DNA of 64,000 nucleotides from Mycobacteriales bacterium (GCA_035545635.1 DASZXY010000013.1:302838-366837); one strand, 5' to 3'; positions 9,542 to 16,960 are shown, numbered from the stretch's first letter. A program made the numbers and translations. The notes: generated by a model from the letters alone, not told the origin.

Positions 9542-10627
9542 TCATCGCCCAGCGCGGATGGCCGCGAGCGGATCCGCGATCGCCTTCTCGAGATAGGCGA
9601 GCAACGCGGTCTCGTCCTGGTCGAGGCCCTTCCGGGCTCGCCCCCTCCAACGCCCGAGGAACCGGTGCAGGCCGCCGTCGAAGTAGCCCTCGACGAGCGC
9701 CGGATGGACGTAGTGAGCGCGAGCGACCGCTCGCGTGTTGCCGAGCTGCTCCGCAGCAACATCGATCGCGGCCACAACCTCGGTCTCGCGGTCGTCGCTG
9801 TCGAGGTGCTCGCGCAGATGGCCGAAGGCCGCCCGCGTGCCGCGCCAGGTCCGAAAGTCCTTGAGCGTCACCCGCGCCTCGGCAAGCCGGGCAAGCTCCG
9901 CGTTGACCTCGTCGGCGCCGAGCACCTCGCCATCGACGCGAAACAACCGCCGTCCTGGTCGCGCCGCGAGTTGTCGCACCACCCGGGCGACAGCGGCGTC
10001 CTCGATCACGGCGTCAGCGGTCCGGCCGGACTTCGCCGGAAAGCAGAACCGGACCCGCCGTCCCGTCACGGTCACGTGGCGCCGCGACAGGGTGCTCAAC
10101 CCGAACGAGTCGTTCTCCTCGGCGTAGATCTCCGAGCCCGCGCGGATCCCGCAGCAGTCGACGATGCGGAGCATGGTTGCGACGACGAGCTCGCGATCAA
10201 CAGTCCGGCGCCGTAGCTGCTCGTCGACATGCATTCGTACGACCGGCAACCGTTCGCCGAAGCCGACCAGCCGGCAGAAGTTCAACAGGTCGCGGACCTC
10301 ACGCCAGCGCGAGTGGTACAGGTATTGCTTGCGCCCGCGGTCGTCGGTGCCCACCGCCTGGATGTGACCCAGCTGATCGCGGCAGATCCAGACGTCTTGC
10401 CATGCGGGCGGGATGACCAAGGCGGAGATCCGCTCGCGCACGGCGACGCCGACCGGGCGCCCGTCTGCGTAGCGGTAGCTGAACCCCTTGCCTCGCCTCA
10501 GCCGCCGGATGCCCGGCTCGTCGACGCTGACGTAACGAAGCCCCGCGACATCGGCGCACCGCTCCGCGTCGTCGTACAGCGCAGCGATGTCATCACTCGT
10601 CACCGCCACAGAGACGGCAATACCCAA
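9542..10627 (-). CDS. DNA topoisomerase IB (bacterial/poxvirus-like)
   Basis: GLRYVSVDEPGIRRLRRGKGFSY N-terminal domain; C-terminal ARAHYVHP contains the putative active-site Tyr. The start is uncertain (TTG 10627 or GTG 10609/10603). Confidence 0.8.
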   Translation of the reverse strand: MGIAVSVAVTSDDIAALYDDAERCADVAGLRYVSVDEPGIRRLRRGKGFSYRYADGRPVGVAVRERISALVIPPAWQDVWICRDQLGHIQAVGTDDRGRKQYLYHSRWREVRDLLNFCRLVGFGERLPVVRMHVDEQLRRRTVDRELVVATMLRIVDCCGIRAGSEIYAEENDSFGLSTLSRRHVTVTGRRVRFCFPAKSGRTADAVIEDAAVARVVRQLAARPGRRLFRVDGEVLGADEVNAELARLAEARVTLKDFRTWRGTRAAFGHLREHLDSDDRETEVVAAIDVAAEQLGNTRAVARAHYVHPALVEGYFDGGLHRFLGRWRGRARKGLDQDETALLAYLEKAIADPLAAIRAGR

Positions 10628-10676
10628 CTTGTCCTTGTCTCAGCCACCTATAGGCACTCGAGACACGGACAACTTG
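10626..10676 (-). terminator. imperfect inverted repeat directly after the thiolase stop codon (candidate terminator)
   Basis: Arms AACTTGTCCTTGTCTC and GAGACACGGACAACTT(G) match at about 15/17 positions, with a ~18-nt loop. It sits between the stop at 10677 and the next minus-strand gene. Confidence 0.4.
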
Positions 10677-11864
10677 CTAGATGCCGACGATCCCCACGAA
10701 GCTCACCATCTCGCCGGGGTAGCCGCCAAGGTTGTGAGTCAGCGCGAGCGAACGCTTGCCGTATGTCGAGATCCGCCGTTCCTCCGGCGCCTCGCCGCGA
10801 AGCTGCAACCAGGCCTCGTACATCATCCGAAGGCCCGATGCACCAACCGGATGACCGAAGGACTTGAGGCCACCGTCCGGATTGACCGGCAGCTCCCCGT
10901 CGCGGTCGAAGGTCCCGGCAAGGACCTCCTTCCAAGCCGTGCCGCGCTCGCAGAAGCCGAGATCCTCCATCAGGACCAGCTCGGTGGGGGTGAAGCAGTC
11001 GTGCACCTCGGCCATCGCGAGCTCCGCGCGCGGGTCGGTGATCCCGGCTTGCGCGTAGGCGTCAGCCGCGGAGGCGGCGACCTCTGGGAACTGCGTGTAG
11101 TCGTACGAAGGGTCCTCGAGCCCCGACCCGTTGCCGGCGACGAACGACAGCGCCTTGATGATCAACGGCCTGTCCGTGTACTTGGCGGCATCCTCGACGC
11201 GGCACACAATCGCGGCGGCTGAACCGTCCGCGACACCGGCGCAGTCGAAGACCGAAAGCCCGCCCGCGACAGGTGGCATCGCGATCAGCTTCTCGACCGG
11301 CATCTCCTTGCGGAACTGCGCCTTGGGGTTGCGGGCGCCGTTCGCGTGGTTCTTCGAGGCGATCCGCGCGAGCACGCCTCTCATCTCGGCCTCGTCCACG
11401 CCGTACCGTTTCGCGTAGGCGGGCGCGACCATGGAGAACATCGCGGCTGCGGTCAGCGAGCGCTGCGTTCCGTCGTTGGGGATCGGGAACGCGTTGAGTC
11501 CTTGGTAGCCGGAGTCCTTCACCTTCTCGACCCCGACGGCCATCGCGAGGTCGTAGGCGCCTGACGCGACGGCGTACGCCGCCTGACGCATCGCCTCCGA
11601 TCCGGTCGCGCAGAAGTTCTCGACCCGCGTGACCGGCTTGCCTTCCAGCGCGAGAGGCCGAGCCAGCGTGATGCCACTCATCCCGGACTGCGCCGTGCCC
11701 AGCCAGTACGCATCGACGTCTTCCTTGGTCACGCCGGCGCCGGCGAAGGCCTCGCTCGTCGCGTCCCGCAGCAGGTCGTCAGTGCCCTTGTCGAAGTGCT
11801 CCGCGAACCGCGTGCAGCCCATGCCGACAATCGCGACGCGATCGCGAATTCCATGCGAGCTCAA
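10677..11864 (-). CDS. SCP-x/lipid-transfer-type thiolase (acetyl-CoA acetyltransferase family)
   Basis: Nucleophile motif ENFCATGS, plus HDCF and GHPVGASG. The TTG start overlaps the upstream stop (TTGA). Confidence 0.9.
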   Translation of the reverse strand: MSSHGIRDRVAIVGMGCTRFAEHFDKGTDDLLRDATSEAFAGAGVTKEDVDAYWLGTAQSGMSGITLARPLALEGKPVTRVENFCATGSEAMRQAAYAVASGAYDLAMAVGVEKVKDSGYQGLNAFPIPNDGTQRSLTAAAMFSMVAPAYAKRYGVDEAEMRGVLARIASKNHANGARNPKAQFRKEMPVEKLIAMPPVAGGLSVFDCAGVADGSAAAIVCRVEDAAKYTDRPLIIKALSFVAGNGSGLEDPSYDYTQFPEVAASAADAYAQAGITDPRAELAMAEVHDCFTPTELVLMEDLGFCERGTAWKEVLAGTFDRDGELPVNPDGGLKSFGHPVGASGLRMMYEAWLQLRGEAPEERRISTYGKRSLALTHNLGGYPGEMVSFVGIVGI

Positions 11865-13198
11865 GACGCCTCCTCCGCACGAGTCGGTCGGGCTTTCCAG
11901 AAGTAGTTGGCAATGCCGTCCGCGGTGAACAGCTTGCGGAACGTCATCTCCACACGCATTCCGATCGCCACCTCGTCGGCATCGACGTCGGTCAGCTCCA
12001 CCGGCAGCCGTCGACCGTCGTCGAAGTCGATGACCGCGAAGACGACGGGCGGACTCTGGGAGTACGCCAGCTTGTCGATCGTGAACGTGGTCACGGTTCC
12101 GCGCTGGTCGGCGAGGGGACCGGAGGATCCGTCGAGTCCGAACTTCCAGTCAGTCGAGCGCCCGGCTGCGCTCGCCGAGGGACGCGTGGGCTCCGGACGC
12201 CGCGGTGGCTCGACCGGCAGCAGCCCACGCCATGAGAGGTAGCGGCCGTAGCTGACCGGAGCGCTCGCCATGATCTGCGCGCGCACACTGCGGTGCGGGA
12301 CATAGGACGTGATGGCGTCTGTAGTCCGTAGGACCATGGCGTCCGCACCGTCCGAGAGGACGAGCAACACGATCGTCTGGCCGGGTTCCGCGGCCTCGAG
12401 TGCCTGCACCAACAGCAGGAGCGGCTGAGCCGCCCCAGGGTTGCCGACCGAATCCGCAAGGCGGTCGACGATCTTGTCTGGCGGAACCCCCGATGCCTTC
12501 GCCGCACTCGCGCACGCCCGCTCGTGCAGACCCGCCACGACCAGTGCGTCCACCGAGTCGGGCCCGATCCCGGCCCACCCGAGCGCAGTCTTCAGTGCTT
12601 CCGCCGCGAGCGGGCCGTACTTCGTCTCACCGAAGCGCTCTTCCCACAGCTTGGAGCCCGGCTCACCGGGAGCCCTCCAACGGTCGAGGAACTCCTCGGT
12701 GACCCCGGCATAGGCGACGAACTCTGCGAGCAGCGGCGCGTCGGTGTCGTTGCCCCACAGAACCGCGGCGGCAGCGTCACCGCCGGCGGCCTCATCAGGC
12801 GAGCCGGGGCGACCGATCCGCACGTCGCTGGCGATGGCGAGCGCCGGCTTGCGGCTCTCACCGGTCGCAACCAACGTGGCGATGCTGGATCGAACGGAGC
12901 CGACGGCGTCGAAGGCGCGCGCCGAACGATCGAGCCGAAGTGCGGCATGAATCGCAGTGGCATTCGTCTTGTCGAGGTACGCCGGGCTCGTGGTCGTGAA
13001 CCACAACGAGTCCGGCATGACGTCGGTCGACGCGAGACAAGCTCGGCCGGCCTCGACCGCCATCGTCGTGGCGTCCTCGTCGTACGACGCGACGGCTCGC
13101 GTCCCCTTGCCGCCTCCCGTGCCCGCGACCGGTGCGATCTCGGTCCGATCCAACCGGCGATGCGGGACGTGCGCGCCCCAGCCGACAATCCCGCGCAT
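11861..13198 (-). CDS. HMG-CoA synthase-like (thiolase-fold) domain fused to a DUF35 OB-fold domain
   Basis: The N-terminus GIVGWGAHVPHRRLDRTEIA...YDEDATTMAVEAGR resembles archaeal HMGCS. The C-terminus TVTTFTIDKLAYSQSPPVVFAVIDFDDGRRLPVELTD...GMRVEMTF is a DUF35-type OB fold. Confidence 0.8.
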   Translation of the reverse strand: MRGIVGWGAHVPHRRLDRTEIAPVAGTGGGKGTRAVASYDEDATTMAVEAGRACLASTDVMPDSLWFTTTSPAYLDKTNATAIHAALRLDRSARAFDAVGSVRSSIATLVATGESRKPALAIASDVRIGRPGSPDEAAGGDAAAAVLWGNDTDAPLLAEFVAYAGVTEEFLDRWRAPGEPGSKLWEERFGETKYGPLAAEALKTALGWAGIGPDSVDALVVAGLHERACASAAKASGVPPDKIVDRLADSVGNPGAAQPLLLLVQALEAAEPGQTIVLLVLSDGADAMVLRTTDAITSYVPHRSVRAQIMASAPVSYGRYLSWRGLLPVEPPRRPEPTRPSASAAGRSTDWKFGLDGSSGPLADQRGTVTTFTIDKLAYSQSPPVVFAVIDFDDGRRLPVELTDVDADEVAIGMRVEMTFRKLFTADGIANYFWKARPTRAEEAS

Positions 13199-13212
13199 GG
13201 CCCAAGACTACG

Positions 13213-13239
13213 GGAATCTGACGACCCGTCAGAAACCGG
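13213..13239. promoter_or_regulatory. conserved promoter/operator box; core palindrome CTGACGACCCGTCAG at 13218-13232
   Basis: The 27-mer is identical to 7447-7473. The core lies 19 nt upstream of the ATG at 13198, in the divergent region shared with the repeat-protein gene. Confidence 0.55.
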
Positions 13240-13326
13240 TGAAGTCCGGTTGTGAGCTGCAAGCGTTTTGATTCGTCTCGACGGGAACACAGAGCGCAAC
13301 ACGTCCCAGTGATCCCGGAGGCAGCA

Positions 13327-14433
13327 GTGACCGACATCTCCTCGAAGCCGGCCGAGACCAACGCGGTCTCGATGGAAGAAATCGATGCGGAATCGTCTGT
13401 CGCGTTGCCGAACAAAGAGGTGCTGTCGCTCCTCGACGTGAATGCGAACGTCGACCTCGGCCTTGACCTGGCCGCCCCCGTCGACCTCGCGGCGGCCGCG
13501 AACCTCAACGTTGCAGCACCGATCGAAGCGGCCGCTAGTGCGAACCTGCTGAGCCCCGACGCTCAGGCGGTCAGCCTCGCGCACCAAAGCGGCACGCTCG
13601 ATCAGACGCTCAGCGGCTCCGCCACGGCGACCGCTCCGCAGCAGGCCGAGATCGCGCAGGATGCGAGCGGTGGCTCGACTGGCGGCGCCGACACAGCAAC
13701 TGCCGACGCCGCGGCGCCTGCCGATGGTGGCGTCACGCCGACGACCGGCGATGCAGTGCCTGCTGATACTGGCACCGCAGGCGACGTCGGCAGCACCGCT
13801 GGCGACACCGCAGGCGACGTCGGCAGCACCGTCGGAGATGTAGGCAGCACCGTTGGCGACACCGCAGGCGATGTCGGCAGCACCGTCGGAGATGTAGGCA
13901 GCACCGCTGGCGACACCGCCGGCGACGTCGGCAGCACCGTCGGCGACGTCGGCAACACCGTGGGCGACACCGCCGGCAACACCGCAGGCGACATCGGCAG
14001 CACCGTCGGTGACACCGCCGGCGACATCGGCAACACCGTCGGTGACACCGCCGGTCAGGTCGGCAGCACTGTCGGCGACACCGCCGGCGACGTCGGCAGC
14101 ACCGTCGGCGACGTCGGCAACACCGTGGGCGACACCGCCGGTCAGGTCGGGGATGTGGGCTCCGGCGTCACGAACTTGCTGAACGGCGGCAGCCTGCTCA
14201 ATGCCGACATCAACATCGATGCCAATGCCAACCTGACCGCGCCGATCGACGGCGCGGTCGCGGCCAACGCCAACGTGGCGGCGCCGATCGACGCAGCGGT
14301 CTCGGCCAACATCGGGTCAGCCGGTGCGACTGCCGAAGCGCTCGCGCCACAGGAGCTTGCAGTCACCCAGAACATGGACAACGTGAGCGCGGACGCGACG
14401 GCGGAGCAGGACGCGAACATCTCGCAGTCCTGA
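13327..14433 (+). CDS. acidic Ala/Asn/Gly/Asp/Thr/Val-rich repeat protein with two homologous flanking modules; function unknown
   Basis: Long ORF. GGAGG lies 5 nt upstream of GTG 13327 (alternative starts ATG 13252 or ATG 13372). No Cys, Trp, Tyr, Phe or Arg after the predicted start. There is an internal duplication of a ~80-aa module, and the next gene follows 21 nt downstream. Confidence 0.7.
   Translation: MTDISSKPAETNAVSMEEIDAESSVALPNKEVLSLLDVNANVDLGLDLAAPVDLAAAANLNVAAPIEAAASANLLSPDAQAVSLAHQSGTLDQTLSGSATATAPQQAEIAQDASGGSTGGADTATADAAAPADGGVTPTTGDAVPADTGTAGDVGSTAGDTAGDVGSTVGDVGSTVGDTAGDVGSTVGDVGSTAGDTAGDVGSTVGDVGNTVGDTAGNTAGDIGSTVGDTAGDIGNTVGDTAGQVGSTVGDTAGDVGSTVGDVGNTVGDTAGQVGDVGSGVTNLLNGGSLLNADINIDANANLTAPIDGAVAANANVAAPIDAAVSANIGSAGATAEALAPQELAVTQNMDNVSADATAEQDANISQS
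13777..14166 (+). repeat. in-frame coding tandem repeats (21-bp GDVGST[VA] and 12-bp GDTA units, forming 33- and 54-bp higher-order units)
   Basis: Direct reading: GDTAGDVGSTVGDVGST[VA] is repeated with variants (GNTAGDIGSTV, GDTAGQVGSTV). Confidence 0.9.
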
Positions 14434-14454
14434 GCAGTCTGCTGAGTCGAGGCC

Positions 14455-16956
14455 ATGACCTCCACGCTCGATCCCGCTAGCTCCGTCACCACCGAGCCCG
14501 CCATTGCGGCACCGGCGGACAGCCCGCTGGCCGTCGCCGCAGGCGCCGAGCTGCTGGGCGAGCTCCGCGGGTCGGGCTATGCCGAAGGCACCTCCCTGGT
14601 CCGCCGCGCGGATGGGCAGATGGTCCAGCTCGGGCCCTTGCAGTACGGCGTTCTTGAGGCTGCGGACGGACATCGCGGCAACAGCGAGATCGCTGCGGCA
14701 GTCAGCGAGAAGCTCGGGCGTCGGCTCGACGAGGGGCACGTTCAGCGAATCGCAGAGAAGCTCGCTTCCCAAGGGCTGCTCGCCGGCAGTGAGGCCGCTG
14801 CACCGCCACGCCGCAACCCGCTTCTCGCCTTGCGCTGGAAGGTGCTCGTCACCAACCCTCGGGTCACCAGCTGGCTGACCGCGCCATTCACCTTCCTGTT
14901 CCGGCCGTGGGTGATGTGGCCGGTCCTCGGGGCTTTCATCGGCGTGTGCTGGTTCGTGCTGTTCGACAAGGGACTGGCGGCACCAGGGGCTGAAGCGTTC
15001 CGCCGACCGGGTCTGCTGTTGCTCATCTTTGCGATCGGTGTCGTCTCGGCGGGTTTTCACGAGCTAGGCCATGCCGCCGCGTGCCGGTACGGCGGAGCCA
15101 CCCCCGGAGGCATGGGGATGGGGGTCTACCTCGTGTGGCCCGCGTTCTACACAGACGTCACCGACGCTTACCGCCTCGACCGCCGGTCACGGTTGCGCGT
15201 CGACCTCGCCGGGCTCTACTTCAACGCGGTCATCGCGGTCGTCCTCGCCGGCGTGTGGGCCGCAACGAAGCTCGACTCGATCCTGCTCGGCGTCGCGGTC
15301 CAGCTGATCCTCATGCTCAAGCAGCTTTCGCCCGTGATTCGCGCAGACGGCTACCACATCCTCGCCGACGCGACTGGCGTTCCGGATCTCTTCGCTCACA
15401 TCGGTCCGACGCTGCGTCGTCTGATCCCCGGAGCAAAGCGCTCGCCGTCGGCGTTGACGGGGAAGGCGCGCGCGCTCGTCACCATCTGGGTGCTGGTCGT
15501 CGTACCCGTTCTGCTCAGCCTGATGGCGGGCGCGATCCTGTTGCTTCCGAGACTCGCCACCAGCGCCTGGGATTCGGGACACCACATCGTCGAGACCTTC
15601 CCGAAGGCGGCCGATCACGGTCACGTGCTCACCATCGGGGCAGGCCTACTTCAGCTGCTCGCCCTCACCCTGCCGGTCGTCGGCAGCGTCCTGATCGCCC
15701 AGCGTTTGGTGCGCGCGTCGTTCGCCAAGGCGCGCGCGTGGAGCGCCGGACATCCGACTCGGCGAGCGACCGCGATCCTCGCAGGGGCCGCTGTCGTCGC
15801 CGGCGTCGCGTGGGCGTGGTGGCCGAGCGGCCAGTACCAGCCAGTCCGAAGCACCGACCGCGGCACGCTGCCTTCGCTGGTGTCGATGCTCGGCGCCCCG
15901 AGCTCTGTGGCTCGGTCGGCCTCACCTTCGCTGCTGAGCCCGGGCCGATACCTCGCCTTCGCGATGGTCCCGAAATCAGGTGTGACGAGCGCGCGACCCG
16001 CAGTCCTCTTCGTTCGCGGCGCCTCGGGCGATCCAGTGGCGGTGCTGAGCACCAAGGAGCCGGCACCGCCGCCCGCAGGTGACACAACGACATCGACCCC
16101 CGCACCCGGGTCGGCGACTCCACCACCTGTCGATCCCTCGGCGCCAGTGCCCGCACAGAGCGCCCCAGCCGCTGCCCCGACGAGCGACGGAGCTAGCCCG
16201 CCTCCCCCGCCCGGCGGAGTCGTGCCGTCAACGGCCTTCCCGTTCGCGCTGCCCTCGGCACCCGGCCCTGGGGACACCCAGGCCCTCGCGACCAACCAGA
16301 CCGACGGCGGCGTGGTCTACCGCGTCGCCTACGCCGTCGTCACAGTCTCGGGTGACGACGCGGTGACCAACGACAACAGCGCCTTCGCGATCGCGAACTG
16401 CAATGCGTGCACCACCGTCGCCGTGTCGTTCCAGGTGGTGCTGGTCGTTGGCGAAAGCCATGCCATCGCGCCCATCGACGCTGCTGGTGCCCTGAACTAC
16501 GAGTGCCCTGCTTGTATGACGACGGCGGTTGCCGACCAGCTCGTGGTGACCCTCACGAAGGAGCCGCCGGCAAGCCTCACGAGTCGTCTCGAAGCGGCGA
16601 TGCGTCGCCTCGACCTGCTCCCGCTGTTCGGCGCATCTGCCACTCCGGAGCAGATCGAGTCGCAGGTGAACGCCGTCCAGCAGAAGGTCGAGAGTCTCCT
16701 CCAGAGCAGCGGCTTGCTCGCCCAGCCGCTGCCTTCGGACAGCCCCACCGCGACCGCCACATCTAGTTCGACGACCTCAGTGCCGGCTCAGAGCGCGTCG
16801 CCTGACGCCACTTCCACTGCGTCGACCGGCTCGGGGGCGCCGTCCCAGCCGGACACGTCCGCTCCCAGCCCGACAGCTACACCGACATCTTCACCATCGG
16901 CGGCTCGCTCCAGCTCGTCGTCGCCCTCGGACTCGCCGGCGCCCTCCAGCTCTTGA
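14455..16956 (+). CDS. polytopic membrane M50/S2P-like zinc metalloprotease with an N-terminal PqqD/RRE-like domain and a long C-terminal domain
   Basis: HELGH (aa 202-206) at a TM boundary; a downstream RADGYH (DG) motif in another hydrophobic segment; about 7-9 TM segments. The N-terminus is LVRRADGQMVQLGPLQYGVLEAADGHRGNSEIAAAVSEKLGRRLDEGHVQRIAEKLASQGLL. The tail is Pro/Ser/Thr-rich. Confidence 0.75.
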   Translation: MTSTLDPASSVTTEPAIAAPADSPLAVAAGAELLGELRGSGYAEGTSLVRRADGQMVQLGPLQYGVLEAADGHRGNSEIAAAVSEKLGRRLDEGHVQRIAEKLASQGLLAGSEAAAPPRRNPLLALRWKVLVTNPRVTSWLTAPFTFLFRPWVMWPVLGAFIGVCWFVLFDKGLAAPGAEAFRRPGLLLLIFAIGVVSAGFHELGHAAACRYGGATPGGMGMGVYLVWPAFYTDVTDAYRLDRRSRLRVDLAGLYFNAVIAVVLAGVWAATKLDSILLGVAVQLILMLKQLSPVIRADGYHILADATGVPDLFAHIGPTLRRLIPGAKRSPSALTGKARALVTIWVLVVVPVLLSLMAGAILLLPRLATSAWDSGHHIVETFPKAADHGHVLTIGAGLLQLLALTLPVVGSVLIAQRLVRASFAKARAWSAGHPTRRATAILAGAAVVAGVAWAWWPSGQYQPVRSTDRGTLPSLVSMLGAPSSVARSASPSLLSPGRYLAFAMVPKSGVTSARPAVLFVRGASGDPVAVLSTKEPAPPPAGDTTTSTPAPGSATPPPVDPSAPVPAQSAPAAAPTSDGASPPPPPGGVVPSTAFPFALPSAPGPGDTQALATNQTDGGVVYRVAYAVVTVSGDDAVTNDNSAFAIANCNACTTVAVSFQVVLVVGESHAIAPIDAAGALNYECPACMTTAVADQLVVTLTKEPPASLTSRLEAAMRRLDLLPLFGASATPEQIESQVNAVQQKVESLLQSSGLLAQPLPSDSPTATATSSSTTSVPAQSASPDATSTASTGSGAPSQPDTSAPSPTATPTSSPSAARSSSSSPSDSPAPSSS

Positions 16957-16960
16957 GCAC

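Noticed and set aside
13602-14048. 148-aa Pro-rich repeat ORF (SPTVLPTSPAV...) antisense to the repeat array
   Set aside because: It is confined to the repeat array and shares wobble positions with the plus frame, so GC3 is uninformative. It lacks a Shine-Dalgarno and an operon context. The plus-strand ORF extends through non-repeat flanks with an internal duplication and has a GGAGG RBS. The ambiguity is flagged in the findings.
13777-14166. A regular short tandem repeat that could be mistaken for a CRISPR array or a minisatellite
   Set aside because: The units are 12 and 21 bp with no unique spacers. They are in frame within a long ORF, and no cas genes are nearby.
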